Below are positions 25,771 to 39,300 of a stretch of 64,000 bases of DNA, piece after piece. The notes under the pieces were generated by a model. That model saw only the letters and a program-made list of their open reading frames with translations, had not been told where the DNA came from and searched no databases. Where the stretch lies: positions 8,404,358 to 8,468,357 of the forward strand of contig MU054187.1 in the NCBI GenBank assembly GCA_013239625.1. Reading direction: 5' to 3'. How positions within the stretch are numbered: the first letter of the stretch is position 1; every line of letters starts with the position of its first letter. The DNA comes from Lama guanicoe. Taxonomy: Eukaryota. The position numbers were made by a program, and so were the translations under genes.

Positions 25771-28700
25771 TCACCTCAAAATCCCATAGCATCTAAAAGT
25801 ACATGGCACACAACAGATGCTCAAGAAATGTAAATTTTTCTTTAAAAAATTATCCTTGGATAATTCAAAGTTTCTTCCAGTATCTTTCAAGTGTGTGTTA
25901 CTCTGAATAGCTGGGAAAATAGCTCCACCTGCTTTCAACATTGTGGAAGGAGTCATAAATAATAAAAGCCTCACTGGTTCATTGTAGATCTTTTCCGGAG
26001 ATCAAAGCTCTCTCGCATGCCAGGGGATTTACCTTAAGGTTGTCTGCAAGAGTCTCTTCAGTAGAGGCATTTGGCTAACTACAGATTAGCAACAGGGCAC
26101 ACTGGTTCACTGGGTGTTCTAACATGCTGCAGGTCACGCTGCCCTTGGCAGACCTCTCCAGGGCTTGCAGAGTTCTAGCATCCTATCTCACAAAACAGAC
26201 AAACATATTTAGCACTAACTAATTACACTCAACCGTTGTTCCTATGCCCTCAGCTTTTGTCGTCGGCATAAAACTCATTTCCTGACTCAGTGACAGCCGT
26301 GCTGATGATACAGATGTCTGCACATAAAACCCCAAATTCAAGCCGGATCACTGGACCTGTGACAGTTCTGTGGCAACTCTGGCAACTCTGTGCCCTTCCG
26401 TCTCCATCACCTCCCCCAGCAAAGCTTAAGAGACGGGGGCAGTTGTGGCTAAGATGAGTAAGTAAAAAACATTTAAACCTAGATTTTTGTGAAGCTTTTC
26501 CATTTCCTAGAACCCGTCTTCCTTTTTTCTTTCCTCTTTCCCTTCCTTTTTTTAAAATTTTAAATTCACCTATTTATTTAGCAATTAATATTTATTACAA
26601 ATGGACTATGTGCCAGACATAACACGACACTGAGGACACAGTGAACGGAAAAAAGACACACCTACAAGGAGTTTACACTTCCTCTTAAAATGTACCCCTC
26701 CCAGGAAGCTTCCACAACCTACTTTTGCTGAAGTTCAAGTTTCTAGGGTTCTGGTTTTTCAGGCTCTGGGTGCTAAAAAATTGTTGATTTAAAAATAGGT
26801 TCTGAGATGTTAGTCCCTAAGTCTAAATAGCCTTTCATTTCTTTCCTAGTATTAACTTGGCTTTGTAAAATAGCTGTGTAAATGTTTTACCTTTAAAAAT
26901 ATTCTTGTTTCCAAATATATTACACACTCTTTGAGATATTCTTTAAAATATGTATGAACATCAAACTTTAAAATATGTTATATTTATAATGTCCTACTGG
27001 TATTCGTTATTTAAAGAAATTATGAAGTAGATACTTACATAAATTCAAAATATTCACAGCTGAATGGTGGAGTCAATTTCATGTCTAGGCTTTTCCCAAA
27101 CAGGAGAAGGGAACATATTAATAACTGAATTCCCTCACAGTGCACCCCAACTCGTAGCCCCTATTTCTTGACTGGAACCACGAGGACTTACTTGCCTTAT
27201 ACACTGACACTTGCAGACACATATCCAGAGATATTATTATCCCTCATATCATGAAAAGCATAATAATTTCCCCCTTCTGCACTATTATTTATTAATTAAA
27301 TCAGTCCATTTTGGAATGTCCATGGTCTCTATTAATAATACACAACCCCTAACTGGCTAGTGGTCCAGTAAAGGAATTATTTGACTCTGGGTTTCAAGCA
27401 TCATCTCCACTCTGGAAAATGCCTCAAATAAATTGCAGCTGTGCACTCATTGCATTATAATATATACCCGCCTTATAAATAAGGAGAAATACATCATGTG
27501 TAATACCTTTTCTCCTTTTGACTCTAAAAGAATGTCCCAACACTACAGACTCTTGAAAACAAAACCAACTATTTGATGCCATCAGGTTTGCCATGTCTAT
27601 GATAAAATCCTCTATTTAAAAGGCAATGGACTGACCCAGATGCTGTTTACTGGGGGAGACAGAGAGCTACTCTTATTTGCAACCTACTTTGAAGTTAAGA
27701 AATTCGAAGGCCCTTGTAATTTGTAATCCTGCTTTTCTGCTTAGAAAATGCTGGTTAAAGGCACCCCCCCAAAGATTATTCTTTCCCAAATTTGAAGGAA
27801 TAACATGCATTTCAATACCATATATATGCTGAGCTGTGGCTGAAGAAATACTTGAGACGTGTTCTATTCGAAAGGAGAATGTATAACATAAATTTTGGAA
27901 GTTGAAGAAATTTTCCCAGGCAGGCTTCTGCTTCTCCTTAATCTGGAACTACTTTTCCCGTCCATTCCACGGCGGGTGGTGGATACAAATATCCCCAGGC
28001 ATTCGCTTTCTGCCAGGACATTTTTGTGGTTTAAACATGCACATAAGCAATTAGTTTTATGCCTTCCAGTAAGAAGTGGAACTGAATACTCAGGGTGTGA
28101 AGGGACTGCACATGCGTAACTTTGCCTGGAACCCACCACCCCATCCCCTTCCTGGCTTTAGGAACAATTCAGTGCTTGGGGAGGGAGCCAGCTCCCGGGG
28201 TAAACGCTGTTCAGGGGTTGGGGTGGAGGCAGCTCACCCACAACAGTAAGAAGAGTCGTACTATAGCCTAAGTATTATTTCAGCATTCTACAGCAACACC
28301 CACAGCCTCTAAAAGTCTCAAAAAGCCAAAATGGACAGAACACTTCTCAAAGTTGTATCCTTCACCAAAAAGTATAAATTTCCTCGTTTAGCAACACAAA
28401 TGCAACCATTAATAGAGGTTAGGGAAGTTAAGTTGGCTTGGTGAACAGGGCACAAAATGACTTAATCAGCTCTCCCTACAGCTCTGAAATGAATGACAGG
28501 AGAGGAGAAGCCAAATGAATATTCACCTCCTCCTGTTTTGACCCCTGTCCACTGTCAAAGGATACAGACTACCAGGAAAGCAGGAATCTCACTGGCCCAC
28601 GCCTCCACCACCACACAGGTGAAATACAACACAAACACCTGGTTGTGATGACAGCTGGGGTGGGGGGACGGTAGTGGTTCCAGGTGGGATGGGGTGGCCT

Positions 28701-31369
28701 CCAACGTCCTTTTCAAGTCAACACGCTCATCTCCCACGTGCCTGAGACAACGCAGGTGTATAAACGAGAACACAGTGCAACAGTAAGAGCATAAAAGGTA
28801 TCTTCCACTTCAGTGCAGCCTGAGGACCAGCAAGCCTGCGTGTAGCAGCGCAGCCTCGGGATGGGCAGAGCATTAATGCTGAACAACAGGTCCCGACTGC
28901 TCCCCAGTCTAGTCTCTCTCTCCCGCCTGCAGGGGAGGGAAGCCACAGCCGCACTAAGGGGCGGGGCCCCTGTGTCAGGGCGTCCACCTGCTCACCACTC
29001 ACGCCGCCTCAATAGCGACCAGGCTTCGCAGAGTTCTGGGAGCACCCACAGGGCTGTACTTTCTGACACACCTCAAGGGAGTTTATACTGGAAGGTACAG
29101 AGTGCCAAGAGCTAGATTCTATCTCAAAGGACTGAAATCAAACAGCATTAACCAAGTGTCCTCTGTGGGCAGAACACTACTAGAAAAGACACTCACAGAT
29201 GCAGCAAGGAGAAAGCATCAAGGAAATGAACATACAATACAGTACCAATAGGTGCCTGCCCCAGGTCGCCCCAAGACTATCCACACTCCATTGCTTCCCA
29301 TTCCCTTTTCATGAAGAGGCCTCTGGAAGACCCAGGTGACCTCAAGTTACCTCTGATGTCCTAATTAGGATATGCAATTATTTATGTCTCTGAAAGGGTC
29401 CATCCCCAGCAGAGAGCCAGGCCCCAGGGCAGAGGGATGGAGCCAGGATCTTGCTCTGCCAACTGTCTCTCTTGACCTTGCTGGCTCAGCCCTCTATAAC
29501 AGCAACAGAAACTGGCCAGAGACGTTTCGAAAAATATCTTAGATGAGCACAGAGAACAGCAGCCGCATCACAGTGGACTGAGTGGATCACAGCTTGTGTA
29601 AAGGTAAAAAAAAACTCAGGCTGGTTTTCTCCAGCATTCTCTGACTTTATCACACTGCATCCACCTTCAAAGACAGCAGAGAGGGGAAAAAGTCTCCTGA
29701 AGCCGTTTCCACACCCTGCGCTGTAACTACCTGTATTTCTCACGAGCAGGGACCCGGATTATTTTTTCACTGCCTCTATGTAGGCAGCACCAAGTCACTG
29801 GCCCTGGATCACCAGAGGGGCTCAATCAGTATCTGAATGGATGGATAGATGAAGGAGGTTCCATAATTCTTCTAACCTGCTCTCAAGACACAAGTGACTC
29901 TTTCAGGGGCTAATGCAGACCCTTGCAGTTTACTAGGGTGAAAAGTGCTTTTCCACTTTCCATTTCCAGAACTCCATACTGAGATTCAAGTTGTCCAGAC
30001 CTGTCTTTCCCGGGATTGAACAGGCTGATCAGGACTCGGTTCTGCCAAGTGTCACAACCTTGAGACCACCTGCTTCTCTGCTCTCAGGGCAATGACCTTC
30101 TCTTCTCATTTGCAGTCACTGTTCTCCAAAGGAAGCCCCATTACGACCACGTGTGGAGCGTAACCAGGACGATAAAGGGTCTGGGCATGTGGGTGCGTGC
30201 GTGTGTGCGTGCTTGCGTCTCAGTTGGCACTGAGCTTTCAGGAGCAGGGCTCCCTTTCATGCAGACCTGCCAGTTCAGTGCCACAGCAGTGCTTAGGTAA
30301 CATCACTGAACAAGTAAGGCTGCACCTCAGAGATGGTATGTACATGATTCTTTCCTCTACCTTCTAAAACAAGAATAAAAATCACCATGGACTTGAAGTT
30401 ATGGGTGAGCTGGGGATGTGGTGAGAAAGGACCATAAATATACACAGAATGGGTAAACAATGAGCTTAGAATGTATATTTCAAGAGAGTTCAAGAACATA
30501 AATGCCTGTTTAAGAGAAATGAATAATGCCACACACATATACACAAACACACACACACACATATACATATACGTGTGTGTGTGTAACATGCCTGATGGTC
30601 TCCAAAGCATGCTGGCTAATTAACCTGGCCCTCTCAGTAATCCTACGAGGAGGACAGACAGGCAATAGTCTTCCCATCTCAGGAAGAGAAGACTGAGGGC
30701 TAAAGTGATTTACTTAAGGCCAGATGGCTGGTAAACAGTGACAAGATGATAACTGGGTGCCTTGTTTCCCAGGCCAGCGTGTTTGTTTAGGTAATCTATC
30801 CACAATACGCGCTGCGGCTTCGGAGACGAAATTACCGTCAGCCCCATTTCAAAAGGGCAACTAGAAAGAAGGAGAGAAATAAGGCAACGTGTTCAGTCTA
30901 TTATTTCACTAAGCTCTTCAGATTCTTCACCTACTGAATATTTCATGAGCACGAAGACCTCCTTTAATTGCTTCATTCCTGCCCCAAATTCAAAGACAAA
31001 AATAATTTAATTTTGCGCCTTTTGTAGTGCGAGGTGATTAGAAAACACCATCGGCAACAAACTTTTAATTATATGCTCAGGGTCAAACATTCGGAACCTT
31101 GTTTTCATTAAACCGGCACTGCCACCAACTCTGCTTTTTAATTTTTAACACAGCTCCTTTCCTGTTTATCTCAACCCGATATTCAGCTCAGAAGCAAAAC
31201 CTTCCAGCCCCTCCTTTAATCTGGGAAAGGGCGAAGAGCGAGTTCTGCTCGAGTTGCTATTCTCCATCAGTCTGAACGGCAAAGGCCGCCTGTTCTCTGA
31301 TTGGGCCATCAGGAAGGGATGGAGCTGCGGTGAAAGAGACGAGGATGCTACTGGCCTGGGCAACTCCAG

Positions 31370-31640
31370 CGCACCTCACTGACCCGGACCACCTCCACGC
31401 TGGTCCACGGTGAGATACGGAAAATGGGAGGCAAGATATAGAAACTCTGACAGCAATTTCCCTCAGTAGTTTTATGTCTGATGGATATAATAACACAAAA
31501 TTAGATAGTATTTCAAATGCTTTTTATTTCACTTTCCTAGTCATTTATTTTTACTGTATTTTACAGAAGTATTGTCCTACAGCCAACGGGAAAAGGAAAA
31601 AATGAATGGGTCCATCACCACAGATAGTTTGAGAAGCACT
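31370..31640. mobile_element. hAT-Charlie-type MITE remnant
   Basis: Ends ...CACCACAGATAGTTTGAGAAGCACT, the reverse complement of the CAGTGCTTCTCAAACT Charlie terminus. AT-rich body. Confidence 0.55.
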
Positions 31641-32639
31641 CTGCTGGGAAACTTCACCAGGACTTCTGAGTCAGGGTGTATTTGGGAGGAATATAATGAT
31701 TTCCTAAAATATCAAGGATACCTCTATCTCAATATGAGACCATTAAGTTAAATATAAATAAATATCTGTAATAACCACCTCTATTTTCAATTATCCCCTG
31801 CACTGTGGTCCTCTGGATAACTTCCGCATACACAGATAGTGAAAAAGCAAATAATCCAGAAATAAATCAAATCAAATGTCAGTGATGTGTAAGGTGGCTA
31901 TTTACACAAAAGCCGAGGGGCCTTCTCAGAAACCTGAAATTTTAAAGACTTGAACTCTGCTGACGGAAACCAGCCACACCGAGAAGGGAGTGCCGCCCCT
32001 GCCCTCCCTCGGCTCTCCGGGAGCTGAGGTGCAGTGAGCAGGTGGTTTCAGCTCAGCTCCTCATTTATAAACACACACACAGCCACTTGTTTGGCGGTCT
32101 CAGAAGAGGGGCTTAAGACTGACCGGACATGAGACACAATTACCCTCTCACCCTGGAAGGAAGTCCCCGCAGGTTAGGGGTGATGGATTTCAGCAGGTCA
32201 GCGTGAAAAAGAAGCCCGCACAGCTGCTGCTTATGTGGGGAGGGCCGGAGGGAGGAGAGGAGGCTCCCATTTCCAGACGACTCCTCTCACCAGCACTAAA
32301 ACTGACTTAGGAAACCAGTGATCAGGTTATCACTAACGTATGTTCTTTCATCACTCCTGGTCCTTCAGATTCCAAATCTCTGTCATTCTGAGCAAGCATT
32401 ATCAGAATGATCACCTTTCGAAAGTTGTACTTTAAAAAAAAAAAAGCAAAATAAAATACGAAAAACTCCTTTAGAGGCGAATAATGGACCAGATGAACTG
32501 AGTTTGATTATTTTGTATTTGTATTATTTTGTATGACATTTTGCCTGCATACATTTTGTGGGCAGACAATGGATGTATTATCAACACTAACACAGCCTGT
32601 GTTCTGTTCTCAGGGTTTCTTCGGTATTCGTGGCAGTGC

Positions 32640-32658
32640 GGACGCCCTCTAGTGGCCA
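32640..32658 (-). promoter_or_regulatory. CTCF binding motif
   Basis: The minus strand reads TGGCCACTAGAGGGCGTCC, close to the CTCF core consensus TGGCCACCAGGGGGCGC. It lies in unique sequence with local CpG retention. Confidence 0.75.
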
Positions 32659-33264
32659 AAGTAATATATGTAAATTCACAGGTTTGTTGACCAAAAAAAG
32701 GTTTATCTTTTGTAAACCTGCCCGTTTTCAAAAGAAAATAATTTTTTTGTACAATTCCTTTTTGGAGTACTTCAAATGAAGTCATTATATATACATCAAA
32801 GGAAATGTAAAGTGTAGATTTTATTCTTAAATTATCTAAGTGTACGTGGTAAATGTTATATTTAGCTTATAATTCTTAATGATTAGACACTAATTCATTC
32901 TTCTGAATTTATAATGTTAAACGTGCAGAATAAAGAAGCTACATTAACAAATCTATTAATAAAGCCATGATTAGTCTTTCCCAATACCAGCGCTTAGCAG
33001 TTAGGTGACTGAAAATCCACAGACAAATTATTCCAAAGCAGGTATCAGGTCATTAAACAGAATCATTATAATCTGATGCCCGTGATGAAGGCTTTATTTT
33101 ACATAACAAATGTGTAGCCTTTAAAGTGAAATTGCAGATTTCTAAAATATTAGAACTGAAAGGTCTGGTTAAAGGAGATAATATATGTGGAAATTCTATA
33201 AACTGCAAAGCAAAAAAAATCAGATATAAATGATTATTTTTGCTGTCTAATCCTGAGATTTTGT

Positions 33265-33372
33265 ATTTCAGATGAAATATAAAAACCTGGGAACCAGAGA
33301 GCTCAAATGATTTGCTCTCGGTCATGGAACCCGTTAAGCAGAAGAGGGAGCTGGAATCTGGATACCCTGACT
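33265..33372 (-). mobile_element. MIR fragment
   Basis: ACCAGAGAGCTCAAATGATTTGCTCTCGGTCATGG...GAGCTGGAATCTGGATACCCTGACT. Confidence 0.55.
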
Positions 33373-36300
33373 TTCTCTTTCTCTCTCTGTCACATGTGAC
33401 TAAGGAGAAACAATCTTAATTTTACCAGCAGTTCTTCCCTTAAGTTTGCATCTTTGCGTGCCCCTGTGACTACAATGCATCTAGACTGATTCCCACATGA
33501 AAGAGCCTCATTCCTTCAGACATACCGCTTGCATCTTTTCACATTTTATAGATTATTTAAGCCCTTTCAGAAGCATTTGTTAGCTGACAAAACAAGCTCC
33601 TGGGGAATTCCTTTGGTGGAATGAGAATTTAAAAAATGAATCATAAATACATACTAACAATAATATATGCAGATTCCTGGTCCAAGTGAACTCCTCATTA
33701 CTATGGACTTAAGAGTTAAACTCTGAGTTTCTTAAAAATTTCTGGGATTTCGTGAAGAACAAATGATGCCAAATTAGTTTATAAAAGTACTTTGAAAATT
33801 GTGGTTAAATGCTGTGAAAACAAATTCTTGTTTTAGTCAAAGTTAAATCACACAGGAAAAAAAAGGAGTTTGTCTATGGCTAAGGTTTCCTGGAAGATGA
33901 AGGAAAACAGAAGGAAATCAACAACCCTTATAGAAAATGAGTAAAAACAGAAGAAAATCCCAAAATCTCTCCACAAATGTGTATTGAGTGGCTGCGCTAG
34001 GTGCCAGCAAATGCACCAGAACTTCCTCCTGCAAGTTCTGGCATTTGATCTGGACTAGAATTAAAGATCTTGTAATCATAGCTGTGAACTGTCACAATGA
34101 TATTCACATACAAACAGAGTGATGAGATGCCAATTCTTGGGGAAGGTCAAACGCATTTTTAATCCTCGAGTTTACTCCTGACATGGAAAATTCCAACCCC
34201 CTTATGCATCCAGACTGCAAACTCAGAACAGGGAAGTGTGTCTGTCTCGTCCAGGTCATAGGATGCACCCAGGCACGGGGAGGCCCTCTGTACGTGTTTG
34301 CGGGATTTGAACTCCAGACTGGAGCTCAGCATCCTCCTGAGGGGCAAAGGGTTGAAACACCTAAAGAGGATGGGGATGTTCCTCAGCCTTTGTAAACAGC
34401 CTGTGATCCAACCACAAGCTGCTGGGGGAGGACATTCAGTTTTGGGCTTCACTCTTCAGATGGGCGACCATCAGCCACATTCGCCAATACTTGTCCAGGG
34501 ATTATGCAGTATCCCCAGACCACCCGCTACATTCCAAGCGGGTGGATGAAAAACGCATGAGCGCTTAGCCACTGATAGAAACATCAGAAGCGCAGACGAG
34601 AGAGATCAACATTGATTCTTCAGAGCTGGTACACAACAAACACACCCAAAAACAGTTTGCACGATTCACTTCCTATTCTTTAAAGGCTGACCAAGAGGGA
34701 CAAGACAGGGCTCGCTAAGACCGGATGTCCTCACCTATTAGACTTGTTGATTGTGACAATATTTTTGGAAATCTAGAGGAGAATCGGCTCACCCCGTGTC
34801 TCTGGGTCAAACAGAACGCCCAGGTCAAAAAATAAACAGAGCTGAGAACACAAAAAATCCCACCAATTTTCCAACACTCCATGCTTTTGAATGTGTTGTT
34901 TTTTTATTCAGTCCTAACACATGATGGGTGATAGAAGCTTCTTTTTACTGTCAGGGAGATCAAAGAGAGGTTGAGAAAGACTCCACAAGCAGATGCTGCC
35001 CAGCGACAAACCTGAAAGAAGCAGACAGTGGGGCCAGATGTTGGGGTGACCTTCGGTCTGTGGAGCACATCGGCATGGTGTTGATTTAGATGGCTGTTGG
35101 CAGAAGCTTTGGATCCAGCAGCGGGGGGAGAAGCTAAACTATGGAATCCCTTCCGACTCTCTCCCATCCCCAGAAAACCTGAAACCACTGGTCAGTAGCA
35201 CTGACGGCTGTCAAAGAAGTTGAATTCACCGCACAACCCTGCCAGTAGGTATCACATCAAAAAGGAGTTGGCTGCATGAACAAGAACATCTTCAGGCTGT
35301 GCCATTCTGCATCCCACTCAACTTTCAACAGCTGTTTCTTGAGTGAATACAGACGCAAAATAATTACATGAAAAGAACAACATATTCAACACGAGGGGCA
35401 AGGTTTGCATTTATTCCATCGTCATTAATGGAGGATTTAACTAAGACAGACACTGACGTCTGAGAAGTCAGTGCCCTGTCCAACAGGTCTAATAGTGCCC
35501 AGTGGATGTTCTCTTACATTGAACTCTGAACCATTAACTCCAAAGAAGGAGGAGAGAGTATTTTTTAATCAAGCAGCACTCCCCTACTCAGCACTGCAGA
35601 CACAGCAAGGAATACCCGTGGCAGGTTACAGTTTTAAAGACTCCTATGATAGTAAGCATTAATTCCCGTCATTCGCTCAACAGGAATTTAAGGGATGTTT
35701 CTAGTTACTCCCAATGTTCTCATTACTGTAAACGCTCACAAATAAAGCAAAAGATCTGCAATCTTAGATTCAGACAGAATTTTAAATCTTAGCCACCGTC
35801 CAATGCTAAAACGCAGGACATAAAGAGAGGCTGGCTTTATAATATTAGACATGATTGAAGACCACACAGTTCTTCTGACGCTTTGAGACATTTTGTCACT
35901 TTACCTGGAGAAATATACACTGCTTATTCTGCACTGCCGCTCATGTCCAGCACTTGTCAAAACCTCTATCTGTCAAGGCCTTCACAAAGAGTTGCAAAAT
36001 GACAGCTCAGGATGTCTGAGTTGATGGAGCCCCAGGAAAAATGGAACAGATAGAAAATTCATGACTCTAAACTACATCAAAGTGACTTCTGTCAACATCA
36101 TGTCAAAAGGACTGTTCATTTTCAGAGGGTTTTTTTTAATTATATAAACACTTTTTTGAGTATGAGCTAAGTGTAATGAAAAAATTTTCCTGGTGTACAG
36201 TATGATCATCCAAATGTTCCAAAAATATACTTTAGATCATCCAGGAATAAGGGAAATTCTAATAGTAGACACTGTCTGCCAGTTAAAACCAATGACATTC

Positions 36301-39300
36301 AAGAGCGATGTACGAAGATACTATCAGCTTAAAATAGGACAAACCATCTGGCTATAAAGGAACAAAAGTATATTTTTTGCATAATTTTTGGACCCATCAA
36401 ATTCTACAACTGGATTAAATTTTATTCTTCTACAATGAGTTTTGATCCATTTTTTGCTTAGTGTGACTATTTTAAAAACTCGAATTCAGTGTTTTTTTCC
36501 TAAACAGGTTTCCTAAAATATCTGGCATTATATTAATTTTTTTTTAAAAAAATCACTGTAAAAACCTCATAATGCATAATTCCCTTAAATTATTGCTTTC
36601 AGAAGGAAGTAAAAAAAATAAATGGCTTATAATATGCAGTACTGCATACGCAGAACCAGTCCATAATCACATTCAAAGAGTCATTCACCGGATGAAATAT
36701 GAGTTGCATAAATCTGGAAATGACCACTCTCTCGTTTTAATTCCCAGCATCTTTCAGGGAGGATGGCTGGCACCTGGTGCTAGAACCCAGGCAACTTGAT
36801 TCCCACTGCTCATATGTCACTGAAATAAACAGGAGACATGACCTTGTGAAGTAAGGGCCATGGACTAAGCAGTGTGTGTATATACCGAGCAGACAGGAGG
36901 CAAAATACATTTGATTCACCGCACACACACATGCACACACACACGTGCAGGGACACAGGCGTGCACACACCCACGCAGGTGCACACACACCTGAAAGAGG
37001 GAATCAGACATGCAAACTGTCCGCGATAGCGTCCAGCACACCCACTGCTCCATCCACCTTCCCCTTTGGCAAGGATTTCACAGGTTTCACACCAGTCCTT
37101 CCTCACAGCTACTCTTACAGAGACCATCTACAGTCCTAATAAAAGAGGCTACTGATCTGGTACACTCGTCCAGTGGCAAGAAAAAATAGTCTGATATCCG
37201 TGACCAGAAAGGCTTGCTTACCTTCAGGACGACAAAAGATCTCAAAAATAATGACCACTTCCAGCTTTGAGAGAAGATGCCTGCTTCAAAACGGTCCCGT
37301 TGCACTACATCTAAACACGTATGGGAAGTATCATCCATTACTATAAACGGAGGGCAAGATCGCCATTTCTTATTATAGGCAGAACTCAATATATCTTGTG
37401 TCCTACTTACGAAAAGATGTTTATTACCTGTAAGTGTGCAGAGGTGTGTGCTTCTCAGCAGCCGTGATTGGTAATAAGCCTCTTTTTCTCATTTACATTG
37501 ATAGCAAGCATTAGTGAAGATATATGCATTTCATTTCATGGTTCAGAAAGAACAAAGTATATGTATATGTGATAGCAGTGGGTGGTTAATGAAATGGTCT
37601 GACAAACATAAGCTAATACATAATCATACCAGAATGTGAACTGGAACACCTGTTCCTGCTTCACAGACTTGCAGTTCTTAAGGAAAAGTTATACCACCCT
37701 CAAGGACTGAAGCCACCACTATTTAGACATCAATATGCTCCGAGGAAATTTCAGTCACTCTTTTGGTGGTGGCTGCAACCACTAAAGGGTGGCTATTTTA
37801 ATGATATCAAATCTCTTTTGCTTGTGTCCTAAGAGTAATGAAAACTTCACACATGCATGAAGCTCCAGTAATTATTTTAAACTGCCTTCTGTTGTCCCCC
37901 TGAGGAACACGGTGGTATTTGTTTGATGCAGTTTAATTAGTGTCAGGGTAATTAATGCTATGCTATCTACATGAGATCAAAACCCTTTCTTTGTAACACT
38001 CTGGTAACTAAGAACTAAGAAAAGGAAGCGTTCTGAACACGTAGGAGCACGGTGTTAACCCGGGTTCACGAGTGAACCGAATTTCTCATCTCTCCCTCCC
38101 CGCCTCGCCCGAACGAATGGCCATTTCAGTCCCTCCCAGGACAAGATCAGCCCCGAAATGCGTTGGAACCACACTGTCAGGCAAAAGACTCAGTGGCTGC
38201 TATGGAATTAAATTCTTTTTTTTATGGGCATAATCAAATTAACTAAAACATTCACGGTCACCAGGCACCTTTTACCAGAGTTTAATCCTTTAATGATGAA
38301 ATAGTAAACTTTTGCTCCGACAGACAGCTAAAGTCCCCTGTAAACAGGGTGTGATCTTACCATGTGCGGGTATATTTTTTTCAACTAAAGGAATCATTTG
38401 GTTTAATGAATGAATGTGATGCTGCTTAAATGCCTGAATAAAATTTGCATGTAATAGTGGGTATAGATAACCTCCCTATTTGACAATAACATTAAGAGAG
38501 GAAAAACAGAGACAGGCAAGGAGAGAAGTTAAATACACAAAAATTCCAGACACACACATAATGTGCACTACGATAAATCCTTTTTAACTGTTTCTTTGGT
38601 AATAAGCAATGGCAGCATAAATCTCCCACCACACAAACTCAAGCTGATCACAGGCTTAAGGAAATAGCTCCAGTTATCTTGACTGGATAAATTATTATAT
38701 CCTAGAGGTTATTCCAGTTTCTAATAAAGCGCCATGGCCAACAAACAAAAATAAAAAGATCAACCGCTTTCTTTATTTTCCAACAGATGAAATTATAGGC
38801 TGCACAGAACAGACCCAACAGCACTGAATTTATTTTTACTCTCAGAAAGGCACCATGCAATGTTCATTTTGGAACAAGATCGGTGCTTTAACACAACGAT
38901 GATAACCAGCATTAGACTGATAACATTTTTTATGGGAAGGGGAGGCTTAATGGCACATATCTAAAAAATAAACACGACTGGTTTAAAGCCAAACCAAATG
39001 GATATAGCCCATTATATAAGTATAGTAAGCGTGAAAATCACCTCTGCCCTGCACAAGAAACGAACAAAGAACAATCCTGCTAGGGGGTACCAACGTTAAG
39101 TCCATAGTAGTCATGAAATGGTGTCAGTATCCATCAGCGGCTGAAATTAAGGTTAACGTCAGAAAATGAAATTTCCCCAGCTCAGGCTGGCGGAGGGAGT
39201 TCGTGCTGAAGGCATCTGCCTGAGGTCGGTCATTTATTACTGAACACCTCGTGGGATCAGCTGACGAGCAAAATATGTTCTTTCGCATCTTCAGTTCTGC

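Noticed and set aside
30531..30584. (AC)n...(GT)n inverted microsatellite hairpin
   Set aside because: A common by-product of microsatellite evolution with no other support.
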